From: Rickettsiales bacterium | Lineage (GTDB): Bacteria > Pseudomonadota > Alphaproteobacteria > Rs-D84 | Assembly (NCBI GenBank): GCA_031262525.1 | Contig: JAISHM010000007.1 | Span: forward strand, 35,695 to 67,694 | Direction: 5' to 3' | DNA: 32,000 bases | Shown here: positions 7,679 through 18,069 of the stretch, in pieces | Numbering within the stretch: the first letter of the stretch is position 1 | How the letters are laid out: each line of letters starts with the position of its first letter | Made by a program: the position numbers and the translations under genes | The notes under the pieces: generated by a model | What the model saw: only the letters and a program-made list of their open reading frames with translations | What the model was told of the DNA's origin: nothing | Databases searched by the model: none

Positions 7679-8288
7679 AAAAATAGTTGTATTTGATTTT
7701 GATGGAACGCTGTCGGCATCTGACGCGAATATGGAATTTTGGAAATACTGCTTTCGCCACAGCGTGCGTCCATGGCTGTTTTTGCCGGCGATTGGGGTTG
7801 GATATCTGATTGCAAAATATCAAAAACCATCAACCGCCGTGAATAAAACAGCGGTATTGTGGCGCGAACTGATACGATGCTTTATTTCCAAAAGAATGAT
7901 AAGAAAATTATCGCCTGTTTTTTTACGAGAACACAGGGCGCGTCGTTTTGATTGGGCCACGGATTGCATTGCACGTGAAAAAGCAGATGGGAATATGGCG
8001 GTATTGGTATCAGCGGGAATGGATTATTTGATAAATCCCTTGGTTTCCGATATGGGATTTGATGTAATAATAACATCGGTTATGAATAAAAATATCCCTT
8101 GGAAATTTGATTTTTTATGCTGGGGTGATAATAAGGTTGTCGCACTGAACAAATGGGCAAAAGAAAATAACATTAAATATCAGATTATTCGGTCATACGG
8201 CGACAGCGCTTCTGATTTACCGATTATGCGTCTGGGCGCCCAGATGATTTGGATTGACAGAAAAACAGGGAAAAGAGTAAAAAAATAA
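7671..8288 (+). CDS. HAD-IB superfamily hydrolase
   Basis: Motif I VVFDFDGTL, then SAGMDYL and YGDSASDLPIM. ATG 7671 overlaps the thioesterase stop (ATGAGTAA). Confidence 0.75.
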   Translation: MSKKIVVFDFDGTLSASDANMEFWKYCFRHSVRPWLFLPAIGVGYLIAKYQKPSTAVNKTAVLWRELIRCFISKRMIRKLSPVFLREHRARRFDWATDCIAREKADGNMAVLVSAGMDYLINPLVSDMGFDVIITSVMNKNIPWKFDFLCWGDNKVVALNKWAKENNIKYQIIRSYGDSASDLPIMRLGAQMIWIDRKTGKRVKK

Positions 8289-8312
8289 TCCGCAATCGCG
8301 GATTATTTTTTT
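8279..8312. terminator. Palindromic bidirectional terminator, copy 1 of 2 identical copies
   Basis: A7 + taatccgc, loop aatc, gcggatta + T7. It includes the HAD stop codon and fills the whole gap to the convergent acyl-CoA synthetase stop at 8314. Confidence 0.8.
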
Positions 8313-8313
8313 G

Positions 8314-9891
8314 TTATTTTAATTCACCATTATCCAGCATTTTTGCAATTTCATGATGTTTAATCTTTTTCGCGCTGGTTTGTGGCAACTCGTTTTCAGT
8401 AATCGCAAAATGAGAAACCCATTTATACGGCGCAATTGTTAAATTAGACATTTTTAATAACATTGCAACTTGCGCTGATGTAGTGCCTGGTTTTACCTGG
8501 AAAACACCGAATGGAACAACTTTGCCATTTATAACACGTTCTAAAACAGCGGCGGACAAGATTTCATCATTGGTCAAATACAAGTCTTCCAGCTCATCTG
8601 GATAAACATTTTTTCCAGAATCCAAAACAATAACTTGTTTTTTCCGTCCCTTTACAACCAGGCGCTTTTTATTATCAAACATTCCCAAATCCCCAGTCAT
8701 AAACCATCCATCAGATGAAAATGCTTCTTTATTGGCAGTATCATTTCCAACATATCCCGGCATAACCAAACTACCACGAACCCAAATTTCGCCGATACCA
8801 TCATTATCTGGGTTATGAATTTTAATTTCATTTCCCTTTAATGGACCAGCGTAATACATTTTCCCATTCGCTTGACGGAACGCGAAATTAAAATTCGCAG
8901 GTCCTGTCGTTTCGGTCAAACCATAACAATCACCGACTGAAAAATCCAAACTCTCGAAAAATTTACGCACGCGCGGTTTTAATGTCGCGCCCGCGGATAT
9001 CAAAACACGCACACGACCGCCAAAAATTTTATGAATTGGTTTCATTGCGCGGTCATAAACAAAGCCCAATCCAGCCCAGCGCAGAACACCACGACATGCG
9101 ATAATAGTCCGCATCAGCCAGTAAACGCGTTTCTGTTTTAACCCGTCAATTATTTTTTTATAGAATGTTTCCCAAATTCGCGGCACTGCGGGAATAACAT
9201 GAGGTTTGTATTGCTCAAAATCTTTCAGAAATTCTTTTGGGTTCAGAATTTGCTGTAACAACAAAGAACAATTTAACGCAATTGGCGCAATGATATTTAT
9301 AACAACGCCATAGATATGATATAACGGCAGAAATCCATAAAACATATAACCATTTTTTATCACAGGTTTATAAAATTTTGCCCCATCTGCCAATGACACA
9401 ATATTCCCGTGTGTTAAACCAACGATTTTTGGATTCCCCGTTGAACCAGATGTAAAAGACAACATTGCTATATCGGTTAAATCACAATCAGCTGCAATAA
9501 AATCATCTGGATTTGTGTCATCTATTGTTTCTATATCAAACATTTTTGGACCACCATCAACAAAATAACTTTTTTGCGCGCATGCCAACTTGCATTTTGT
9601 GTGCTTCATCATATTCAGATGCTCGCCCGCAGACAAACCCGTATCCAGCATTAAACACTGCGCACCGGTTGCCGTAATTGCAAAGTATGATTTAATAAAT
9701 TCTGGGGTGTTCGCGGAAAGAATTGCGACTACATCGCCCTTTTTAATCTTAAATTTATTGACCAATGTTACGGCGCGTTTTTGCACATCACGCAATAAAT
9801 CCGCATACGTTTCCCCAGTGCGGACAAAAAAAGTTCGGGCAGCGTTTGTGGTGCAAGCGTCCCGAAACATTTCATAAATGTTTTTTATCAT
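8314..9891 (-). CDS. AMP-dependent acyl-CoA synthetase/ligase (long-chain fatty acid CoA ligase-like)
   Basis: AMP-binding signature SFTSGSTGNPKIVGLTHGN, then YGLTETTG and GDLGMFDNKKRLVVKGRKK. Confidence 0.85.
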   Translation of the reverse strand: MIKNIYEMFRDACTTNAARTFFVRTGETYADLLRDVQKRAVTLVNKFKIKKGDVVAILSANTPEFIKSYFAITATGAQCLMLDTGLSAGEHLNMMKHTKCKLACAQKSYFVDGGPKMFDIETIDDTNPDDFIAADCDLTDIAMLSFTSGSTGNPKIVGLTHGNIVSLADGAKFYKPVIKNGYMFYGFLPLYHIYGVVINIIAPIALNCSLLLQQILNPKEFLKDFEQYKPHVIPAVPRIWETFYKKIIDGLKQKRVYWLMRTIIACRGVLRWAGLGFVYDRAMKPIHKIFGGRVRVLISAGATLKPRVRKFFESLDFSVGDCYGLTETTGPANFNFAFRQANGKMYYAGPLKGNEIKIHNPDNDGIGEIWVRGSLVMPGYVGNDTANKEAFSSDGWFMTGDLGMFDNKKRLVVKGRKKQVIVLDSGKNVYPDELEDLYLTNDEILSAAVLERVINGKVVPFGVFQVKPGTTSAQVAMLLKMSNLTIAPYKWVSHFAITENELPQTSAKKIKHHEIAKMLDNGELK

Positions 9892-10019
9892 AATCAGTTT
9901 CCTTTGTTTTGTTTGATACCAATCAGTTTATTACTTTAATACACACATAATAGGAAAAACAACCTATAATTCATAAAATTGGTTGCGTGTGCCCAATGTA
10001 AATAATAACACAATAATCC

Positions 10020-10048
10020 TTGATTTTTAGAAAAATCTGGTTTATTAT
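10020..10048 (+). promoter_or_regulatory. Putative rpmG promoter
   Basis: TTGATT (10020-10025), 17-nt spacer, TATTAT (10043-10048). Confidence 0.45.
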
Positions 10049-10075
10049 ACCCCCACAAATATAAAAGGTAAAGTT

Positions 10076-10255
10076 ATGGCAAGCAAAAAAGCATCAAAAA
10101 TCGTTGTAAAAATGAACAACCCAGAAACTGGATATTTTTACACAAAAACCAAAAATACAAAGTCTGAAAATACAGCAGGTAAAATGAAAATGCGCAAATA
10201 CGACCCAAAAGTGCGCAAACATGTGATATTCACAGAAACAAAAATGCCATCATAA
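10076..10255 (+). CDS. rpmG: 50S ribosomal protein L33
   Basis: My own translation: MASKKASKIVVKMNNPETGYFYTKTKNTKSENTAGKMKMRKYDPKVRKHVIFTETKMPS. This matches the L33 pattern (ETG.FY.T.KN......K...RKYDP..RKHV.F.E.K). Confidence 0.9.
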   Translation: MASKKASKIVVKMNNPETGYFYTKTKNTKSENTAGKMKMRKYDPKVRKHVIFTETKMPS

Positions 10256-10279
10256 TTGGTATTCAGGCAAGAAAATAAC

Positions 10280-10302
10280 CCCGACAATGTCGGGATTTTT
10301 TT
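10280..10302 (+). terminator. Intrinsic terminator after rpmG
   Basis: cccgac (10280-10285), loop aat, gtcggg (10289-10294), then a + T7. Confidence 0.7.
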
Positions 10303-10357
10303 AACCTAATTTACTTGCTTGAATCTTTGGCCTGCCACACAAAGTTTTAACAAAGGG

Positions 10358-10433
10358 TGGTGGGTGATAACGGACTCGAACCGCTGACCTACTGGATGTA
10401 AACCAGACGCTCTACCAACTGAGCTAATCACCC
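10358..10433 (-). tRNA. tRNA-Val (anticodon TAC), with CCA encoded
   Basis: The reverse complement GGGTGATTAGCTCAGTTGGTAGAGCGTCTGGTTTACATCCAGTAGGTCAGCGGTTCGAGTCCGTTATCACCCACCA folds as a cloverleaf. It has a 7-bp acceptor stem, a GCTC/GAGC D-stem, anticodon loop TTTACAT, a TTCGAGT T-loop, and discriminator A plus CCA. Confidence 0.93.
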
Positions 10434-10438
10434 AAAAT

Positions 10439-10485
10439 GGTCTGAGGTCTGAGGTAAAAATTCCCCAGACCCAAGACCCCAGACC
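10439..10485 (-). terminator. Heptamer-repeat hairpin between ybaB and tRNA-Val; possible terminator or processing structure
   Basis: The minus strand reads GGTCTGG GGTCTTG GGTCTGG GG, loop AATTTTTA, then CCTCAGA CCTCAGA CC. This gives a 9-bp stem plus a 5-bp extension across an internal loop, followed by ATTTT and then the tRNA 5' end. Confidence 0.4.
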
Positions 10486-10488
10486 TTA

Positions 10489-10788
10489 TTACATTGGCAA
10501 TGGCATTCCCGCCGTCGCCGCCGACATTGTTTTATCTATTAAATCATCGGTCTTGGCCTTGGCATCGTTAAACGCCGCAGTTACCAAGGCGGTGATTGTT
10601 TCCAAATCTTCCTTTAATAAATCTGGCGCCAAGGTCAATTTTATTAAATCGTATTTGCCGTTCATTTCAACGATTACCAATCCATTACCCGCAATCCCTT
10701 TGACACGCGCCGCGCCCAGTTCTTCCTGGGCTTTTGCAACCTTGTCTTGCAGTTCTTGCGCTTGTTTCATCAGTGCTTGCATATCCAT
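10489..10788 (-). CDS. ybaB: YbaB/EbfC nucleoid-associated DNA-binding protein
   Basis: MDMQALMKQAQELQDKVAKAQEELGAARVKGIAGNGLVIVEMNGKYDLIKLTLAPDLL..D.E.L.DLV..A.NDA is the family signature. The start is set at ATG 10788, 1 nt after the pnp stop. Confidence 0.9.
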   Translation of the reverse strand: MDMQALMKQAQELQDKVAKAQEELGAARVKGIAGNGLVIVEMNGKYDLIKLTLAPDLLKEDLETITALVTAAFNDAKAKTDDLIDKTMSAATAGMPLPM

Positions 10789-10789
10789 T

Positions 10790-12940
10790 TTATTTTTCCT
10801 CTTTTCCTGTTTTTTGGTTGATTCCGACCATAGACAGACGGGTTTTGCCGCGTTTATCCACACCCAGGTATTTTACAAATACTTTGTCGCCTTCTTTTAA
10901 TTTCGCATCCTCTATTTTATTCAGGCGTTCGCCAGTGATTTCCGAAATATGGACCAAAGATTCAAAATTACCATTCATTATTTTAACAAACAAACCAAAG
11001 TCTTTCAAGCCCGATACAACACCTTCGTAAATTTGACCAACTTCTGGTTCTGCGGTGATTTCTTTTATACGCGCCATCGCATTATCAGCGTCTGACTTAT
11101 CCGTCGCCATAATTTTGATTGTGCCATCATCAGTGATATCAATACTGGTGTTGGTTTCTTTGGTCAATGCTTGAATCACACTGCCCCCCTTGCCAATAAC
11201 TTCGCGGATTTTATCAGGATTGATTTTCATCACAAATGTTTGTGGTGCAAATTTTGATAATTCTTTACGTGGTGATTTAATCGCTTTGTTCATAATACCC
11301 AAAATATGCAAACGCCCGTCCTTGGCCTGCGCCAATGCGCGTTTCATAATATCAAAAGTAATAGATGTGATTTTAATATCCATCTGCAAAGCGGTAACAC
11401 CTTTGTCCGTTCCGGTGACCTTGAAATCCATATCACCCAAATGGTCTTCGTCGCCCATAATATCGGTCAAAACCTCAAATTCATCGCCTTCTTTAATCAG
11501 CCCCATCGCAATACCAGCAACCGGACGCACCATTGGAACACCCCCGTCCATCAGTGCCAATGTAGTGCCACATACCGTCGCCATTGACGATGACCCATTG
11601 GATTCCAAAACATCAGAAACCGCGCGGATTGTATAATCAAATTGTTCTTTACTTGGCAACATCGGATTGATTGCACGCCATGCCAACTTCCCATGACCCA
11701 GTTCACGACGCTTTGGCGCGCCGATACGCCCAACTTCGCCCACACTGAACGGAGGAAAATTGTAATCCAATATAAATCTATCATCTGATGCCCCGTCCAT
11801 GGATTCAATTGGACGCGCATCTTTGTCATTACCCAATGTCAATGTAACCAGCGCCTGGGTTTCGCCACGTGTAAATAACGCCGACCCGTGTGTGCGTGGC
11901 AGGACGCCGACTTCGACCTCTATCGGTCTGACGGTTTTGGAATCACGACCATCTATACGCGGTTTTTTATCCAGGATATTACGACGCATAATCCGCGAAG
12001 TAATCCCCTCTATAATTTCATTCGCCCATAATTTTTGCAGGTCTGTCGCGTCCGCAATAGAATCACGCGCATCCGCCTTTATTGCGTCCATTTCTGCATA
12101 GCGGTCCATCTTTGCCGCAATCGTCAAGGCATCAGAAATCCGGTCCGCAAAACGTTCCAAATCAGATTCTAATTGCACATATTCCGCAGGTTGTCCCAAA
12201 ACATCCCACGCCGCTTTCCCAGCCGCTTCTTTTAATTCGTTGATTGCACCGATAACTGGCTGGAACGCGTCAAAGCCAAACTTTACCGCACCCAACATTT
12301 CTTCTTCGGTCAGTTCCCCGGCCTCGGACTCTACCATCAACACGCCATCTTTTGTCCCCGCTACAACTAATTCCAATTCAGAATCCATAACTTCTTTGCG
12401 TGAAGGGTTCAAGATATATTCTCCATTTACAAAGCCAACACGCGCCGCGCCAATCGGACCCATAAACGGAATCCCAGAAATAGCCAACGCCGCCGATGAC
12501 GCAATCATCGCCAAAATATCAGGCTGATTTTCCCTATCATACGAAAATACGGTTGCCACAATTTGGGTTTCATTCTTAAATGTTTCTGGAAACAACGGAC
12601 GAATTGGTCGGTCAATTAAACGCGCCGTCAGCGTTTCGTTCAATGATGCACGACCCTCGCGCCGGTCGCGAGAACCAGGAATACGACCCGCAGACGCCAT
12701 TTTTTCTGTGTAATCAACGGTTAGCGGAAAAAAGTCTTGTCCTTCTTTTGCACTGCGCGCCGCAACAACGGTTGCCAAAACCATCGTTCCACCCATTGTT
12801 GCCATAACACTGCCTGTTGCCTGTTTCGCAAAGCGATTTGTTTCCAGTGTCAGCGTTTTCCCACCAAAATCCACCTGGATACTGATTGGATTATTTAATA
12901 CATTTTTTGGGGCTTTGTCCCCGATTAAACCAAATAACAT
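10790..12940 (-). CDS. pnp: Polyribonucleotide nucleotidyltransferase (PNPase)
   Basis: Two RNase PH domains, plus KH (GKGGSVIQALTKETN) and S1 (GQIYEGVVSGLKDFGLFVKI) domains. ATG 12940 was chosen because AGGAG lies 7 nt upstream. Confidence 0.95.
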   Translation of the reverse strand: MLFGLIGDKAPKNVLNNPISIQVDFGGKTLTLETNRFAKQATGSVMATMGGTMVLATVVAARSAKEGQDFFPLTVDYTEKMASAGRIPGSRDRREGRASLNETLTARLIDRPIRPLFPETFKNETQIVATVFSYDRENQPDILAMIASSAALAISGIPFMGPIGAARVGFVNGEYILNPSRKEVMDSELELVVAGTKDGVLMVESEAGELTEEEMLGAVKFGFDAFQPVIGAINELKEAAGKAAWDVLGQPAEYVQLESDLERFADRISDALTIAAKMDRYAEMDAIKADARDSIADATDLQKLWANEIIEGITSRIMRRNILDKKPRIDGRDSKTVRPIEVEVGVLPRTHGSALFTRGETQALVTLTLGNDKDARPIESMDGASDDRFILDYNFPPFSVGEVGRIGAPKRRELGHGKLAWRAINPMLPSKEQFDYTIRAVSDVLESNGSSSMATVCGTTLALMDGGVPMVRPVAGIAMGLIKEGDEFEVLTDIMGDEDHLGDMDFKVTGTDKGVTALQMDIKITSITFDIMKRALAQAKDGRLHILGIMNKAIKSPRKELSKFAPQTFVMKINPDKIREVIGKGGSVIQALTKETNTSIDITDDGTIKIMATDKSDADNAMARIKEITAEPEVGQIYEGVVSGLKDFGLFVKIMNGNFESLVHISEITGERLNKIEDAKLKEGDKVFVKYLGVDKRGKTRLSMVGINQKTGKEEK

Positions 12941-13076
12941 TTTTTTTCTCCTGTTGTTATTATTATATTTCGGGAGAAAATTATTCATTCCTATCCATTC
13001 GTGATGAATAAAAAAGAATAATCTGTCTTCTCCCTATTTATTTATGGGCGAACAACTGCCCGCCCAATAGTTTTTA

Positions 13077-13358
13077 TTATTTACGCAAACCTAATTTTTT
13101 AATCAGTGTTTCATACTCTGTCACATTGCGCTTTTTAATATACGACAGCAATTTTTTACGACGATTCACCATCAACAACAAACCGCGTTTAGAGTGTTCA
13201 TCCTTGTGATTTGCCTTCATATGTTCGGTCAAATTGTTGATACGCGCCGTTAAAACCGCAACCTGGGTTGCAGCAGAACCGCCATTATCCACATCTGACA
13301 CCTTATTTTCAGCAATAATTTTTGCCTTTATATTTTTAATAAATGTTTTTACCGACAT
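13077..13358 (-). CDS. rpsO: 30S ribosomal protein S15
   Basis: [46 protein letters not shown]...[10 protein letters not shown] is the canonical S15 pattern. Confidence 0.95.
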   Translation of the reverse strand: MSVKTFIKNIKAKIIAENKVSDVDNGGSAATQVAVLTARINNLTEHMKANHKDEHSKRGLLLMVNRRKKLLSYIKKRNVTEYETLIKKLGLRK

Positions 13359-14221
13359 TGTAATATCCTTTTTGGTTTTAATTCACCGCCATCTATTTTG
13401 CCAATTCCGACCAATTCATTTTCCAAATAAACACGCACAACATCTGTGTCCGCGCCATCCATTTGAATAAATCCGCCACGACAAAATAACCCAGCGTCCG
13501 TTATTTCCAGATTCCAAACCGGAATGTCGCCCAGTCCAAAATCCACCGGCATCAGAAAATCATTTAATCCAACGCACCCTTTATTATTAAACATATTTTC
13601 CAGAAAATCAAGTGTATGCGCATCTTTTATTTTAACCCCATTTGTCGCAACGCGTCGTAAAGTTTCACATACCCCAATTTGACCACAATTTTCGGCAATA
13701 TCGCGTACCAATGAACGAACATAGGTCCCACCACCACACCGCACAAAAAACTTATTTTCACCTGTTTGTTTTAATTCATAAATTTTAACGCGTCGTGTCG
13801 GCATTTTTATGTAGCGCCCAGCATTTGCCAACTTATACGCCCGCACCCCGTCAATATGCACCGCAGAATAATTCGGTGGGGTTTGTTCAATTTCCCCAGT
13901 CAATTTTTCCAGTGCAAAATTTAATAAATTATTATCTATTTCTCCGCTGCGGGTTTCAACAACCGCCCCTGTTATATCATCAGTGTTTGTGCGGATACCA
14001 AATTTAATACTAAATTCATATTCTTTGTCTGCATCTGGCAAATAAGGAATGATTTTCGTGGCTTCCCCCAACGCAATTATCAACAATCCACTGGCAAACG
14101 GGTCCAGTGTTCCAATATGTCCGAATTTTTTTACACCAAACATTTTTGCAACACGCGCACCCGCCGCGCGACTGGAAATTCCAGATGGTTTATCCAAAAA
14201 AACAAAACCAGAATTTAACAT
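13349..14221 (-). CDS. truB: tRNA pseudouridine-55 synthase
   Basis: [13 protein letters not shown]...[23 protein letters not shown] contains the catalytic Asp motif GTLDP. It has the classic truB-rpsO-pnp neighbourhood. Confidence 0.93.
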   Translation of the reverse strand: MLNSGFVFLDKPSGISSRAAGARVAKMFGVKKFGHIGTLDPFASGLLIIALGEATKIIPYLPDADKEYEFSIKFGIRTNTDDITGAVVETRSGEIDNNLLNFALEKLTGEIEQTPPNYSAVHIDGVRAYKLANAGRYIKMPTRRVKIYELKQTGENKFFVRCGGGTYVRSLVRDIAENCGQIGVCETLRRVATNGVKIKDAHTLDFLENMFNNKGCVGLNDFLMPVDFGLGDIPVWNLEITDAGLFCRGGFIQMDGADTDVVRVYLENELVGIGKIDGGELKPKRILQCR

Positions 14222-16722
14222 TAAAATAACTTTAATTGGTCGTTATTAGTTTCTTTTTTCTGACGAATAATAAAAACATCACCAGAGTTTTCATTTGGAA
14301 TTTTGTGTGTTGCAATATTTTTTGTTTTTTGTGTTGCACAATTATTGTTTTCTAAATCTGCCAAGATTCGTTCGGCGTTTTCCACCACAGATTTCGGCAT
14401 TCCCGCCAACGCCGCAACATGAATTCCGTATGAACGACTGGCCGGACCTATCGCGATTTTATGCAAAAATATAATCTCGTCATTATGTTGCGCAACCGAT
14501 ACATTCAGATTCTGGACCGAATTAAAAGACAGACCTGTCAATTCGTGATAATGCGTCGCGAATAATGTTCGAACATTCATATTATCCAAAAATTCCAACA
14601 CTGCATTCGCAATTGCCATTCCATCAAAGGTTGCCGTTCCGCGTCCAATTTCATCAAAAATAATAAAACTTTTTTCCGTTGCACGATTTAATATATTTGC
14701 AGTCTCGGTCATTTCAACCATAAATGTTGATTGCCCTGCCGCCAAATTGTCGGACGCACCAACACGCGAAAAAAGTTGGTCGCATACACCAATTACCGCG
14801 GATTCCGCCGGCACAAAACCACCCAGATGCGCCAACACAATTATCAACGCATTTTGCCGTAAATAAGTTGATTTTCCCGCCATATTCGGACCAGTTATCA
14901 GCGCGATTTTTTTATCCGTTAAATTACAATCATTTGGTATAAACTTATTTGCATCTTTGCGTAAAACCCATTCAATCACAGGATGACGACCACCCACAAC
15001 ATTAAAATCATTTCCATCTGTGATTTGCGGACGCACCCAATCATTATCACGCGCAACATCTGCACACGATAGCCATACATCGGCTTCGCTCAATAAATCA
15101 ACAACAGCCAATAATTCATCAGAAATATCAGTAATTTTTTTAATCAGAGTTTGGATAATTTGTTCTTCTATCCCGCGCGCTTTATCCGCGGCGCCGCGGA
15201 CATCATTATCCAATTCAATCAAGCGCGCCGTTGTAAATCTCATATTATTTGCCAATGTTTGACGATGTATAAATCCAGATTCTGGATTTAATAATTCCGA
15301 ACCGCGATTACTTGGCACCTCTATATGATAACCCAATATATTATTATATTTTATTTTCAGTGTGTTTATGCCGGTTGTCGTTATATATTCTGATTGCAGG
15401 CCCGCAATCGTTTCCATTGCGCCAGATGCCAAGAGTCGCATATTATCCAATCCGCCATCAAACCCATCACGAATTATTCCGCCATCCCTGAAAAAAGACG
15501 GCAAATTATCATTCAATGCACGACCTAGTTCCAATGATAAATCATCAAAAGTTTTTATCTCTGAAAATCTATCCGATAATACAGAATCCAATTTTTGCCC
15601 AACTATTTTTATTTTTGGTAATACGCGTAAAAATTCGGACACCACCCTTAAATCGCGTGGCATTCCGCGACCAGATACCAATCGCGGCACGCCGCGCCCC
15701 GCATCTGGTAAAGTTTCCAACACCCCAGACAGCGAACTAAAAACATCATTATTTAATATCAAATGCGAAATATGATTTTGCCGCCGCCTGATTTCACCAA
15801 TATCAGATGACAATTCACGCAGCATAGCACGCAATTTACGCGCGCCAGATGCCGTCCTGGTTTTATCCAAAATATCCAATAAACAAACGCCATCATTATT
15901 AAAAGGTGCGTCAATTTCCAAACTCTTCCAAGACGAGGCGTCAATCCGTAATCCGTTCCCATCGCCATAACGATATGGAGTTTGGAACACAGGGACCATA
16001 CCGCGCCCTGTATTAAATAAATATCCCGCTAAAAGACAAATCGCAGAATCATCTGCACACATGGCAAAGTTATTTCCAAAAAAATCAGAGACTATTTTAT
16101 TTATATCCGCGCGCTGATATAATTTTTCATATACCGGAGATGTTATAAACGCGCCGCGTATGCGCATCATTTCCGGCGTTTCTGCCAAATGCGATGGATA
16201 AATTATTTCAGCAGGCGCAATTCGCGTTAAATCATCAAAAACATTTGCAGACACGCCATAAAAAAGTTCGCCAGTTGAAATATCACAACCAATAAAATTA
16301 CTATTTACAACTGCAACCAAAAAATTAGACTTTTTCGGGTTTAATAAATTTTCATCCGTGATTGTCCCAGGCGTGATTACACGCACTATTTTTCGTTCTA
16401 TTTGTTTATGTCCTGCATTGCGTGCTTGCTCTGGCGTTTCCATTTGCTCTGCAATTGCGACCGAAATCCCAGACGACACCAATCGCGCAAAATAATTTTC
16501 AGATGCGTGCCACGGAATCCCACACATTGGGATATCCGAACCGCGTTCATCAACACCGCGATGCGTTAAAACCAGATTCAGCGCACTGCTGACAATTCGC
16601 GCATCGTTAAAAAAAGCCTCGTAAAAATCACCCAAACGAAATAATAATGCCGCATCCTCGTTTTCAGATTTCATATCCAGATACTGCTGCATTACAGGTG
16701 AAAGAGTCGGTTTATTCTTCAA
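14221..16722 (-). CDS. mutS: DNA mismatch repair protein MutS
   Basis: N-terminus TLSPVMQQYLDMK...LFRLGDFYEAFFNDA, Walker A GPNMAGKSTYLRQ, then STFMVEM and DEIGRGT. Confidence 0.95.
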   Translation of the reverse strand: MKNKPTLSPVMQQYLDMKSENEDAALLFRLGDFYEAFFNDARIVSSALNLVLTHRGVDERGSDIPMCGIPWHASENYFARLVSSGISVAIAEQMETPEQARNAGHKQIERKIVRVITPGTITDENLLNPKKSNFLVAVVNSNFIGCDISTGELFYGVSANVFDDLTRIAPAEIIYPSHLAETPEMMRIRGAFITSPVYEKLYQRADINKIVSDFFGNNFAMCADDSAICLLAGYLFNTGRGMVPVFQTPYRYGDGNGLRIDASSWKSLEIDAPFNNDGVCLLDILDKTRTASGARKLRAMLRELSSDIGEIRRRQNHISHLILNNDVFSSLSGVLETLPDAGRGVPRLVSGRGMPRDLRVVSEFLRVLPKIKIVGQKLDSVLSDRFSEIKTFDDLSLELGRALNDNLPSFFRDGGIIRDGFDGGLDNMRLLASGAMETIAGLQSEYITTTGINTLKIKYNNILGYHIEVPSNRGSELLNPESGFIHRQTLANNMRFTTARLIELDNDVRGAADKARGIEEQIIQTLIKKITDISDELLAVVDLLSEADVWLSCADVARDNDWVRPQITDGNDFNVVGGRHPVIEWVLRKDANKFIPNDCNLTDKKIALITGPNMAGKSTYLRQNALIIVLAHLGGFVPAESAVIGVCDQLFSRVGASDNLAAGQSTFMVEMTETANILNRATEKSFIIFDEIGRGTATFDGMAIANAVLEFLDNMNVRTLFATHYHELTGLSFNSVQNLNVSVAQHNDEIIFLHKIAIGPASRSYGIHVAALAGMPKSVVENAERILADLENNNCATQKTKNIATHKIPNENSGDVFIIRQKKETNNDQLKLF

Positions 16723-16906
16723 TTTTTAATTTTTCTATTTTTAATTCTGCTTCTTTTAATAACTGCTCGCAATAGGCCTTTAATTTTATCCCCTTTTCAT
16801 ACGCAGCAACAGATTCCGCCAAAGGCATAGTTCCAGATTCCATTTTTTTTACTAAATCTGATAATTGTTGATATGCATCCTCGAATGATAATTTATTTTC
16901 TTCCAT
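16712..16906 (-). CDS. xseB: Exodeoxyribonuclease VII small subunit
   Basis: A 64-aa helical protein. LSFEDAYQQLSDLVKKMESGTMPLAESVAAYEKGIKLKAYCEQLL matches the XseB signature (FE.....L..IV..LE.G...LE.S...YE.G..L...C). Confidence 0.85.
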   Translation of the reverse strand: MEENKLSFEDAYQQLSDLVKKMESGTMPLAESVAAYEKGIKLKAYCEQLLKEAELKIEKLKIEE

Positions 16907-16918
16907 TTTATTCCCCGT

Positions 16919-17980
<1,062 letters not shown>

Positions 17981-18041
17981 TCATTGTTATTCACAAACTA
18001 TAAAACATTAAACCAAAAAATCAAGTATCTAAATTTACAAT

Positions 18042-18069
18042 TTGCGATTTATTTTTTGCGATGTATAAT
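18042..18069 (+). promoter_or_regulatory. Putative rnpA promoter
   Basis: TTGCGA (18042-18047), 16-nt spacer, TATAAT (18064-18069). The -10 box overlaps the first in-frame ATG. Confidence 0.4.

Noticed and set aside
9893-9930. A direct 9-nt repeat, aatcagttt, twice in the 5' region of the acyl-CoA synthetase gene; a possible operator.
   Set aside because: One copy simply spans the SD-to-ATG spacer. The repeats are short, there is no dyad symmetry, and I can name no known regulator consensus. Chance in AT-rich DNA is the likelier explanation.
10854-10862. A perfect DnaA-box 9-mer, TTATCCACA.
   Set aside because: It is a single copy inside the pnp coding region, with no cluster of boxes or adjacent AT-rich unwinding element. 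One chance occurrence in 32 kb on two strands is not surprising.
10789-10863. A 25-codon N-terminal extension of ybaB that overlaps the pnp 3' end.
   Set aside because: The YbaB family signature begins at MDMQALMKQAQ (10788). The extension would overlap the pnp coding sequence and has no counterpart in YbaB proteins.
12941-12988. A 16-codon N-terminal extension of pnp (MNNFLPKYNNNNRRKK).
   Set aside because: The upstream ATG has AGGA only 1 nt away, whereas ATG 12940 has AGGAG at 7-nt spacing. The extension is low-complexity and unlike PNPase N-termini.
13046-13065. A GGGCG...CGCCC hairpin in the rpsO-pnp intergenic region; a possible terminator or RNase III site.
   Set aside because: The stem is only 5 bp with a 10-nt loop and no U-run follows, which is too weak to call from sequence alone.
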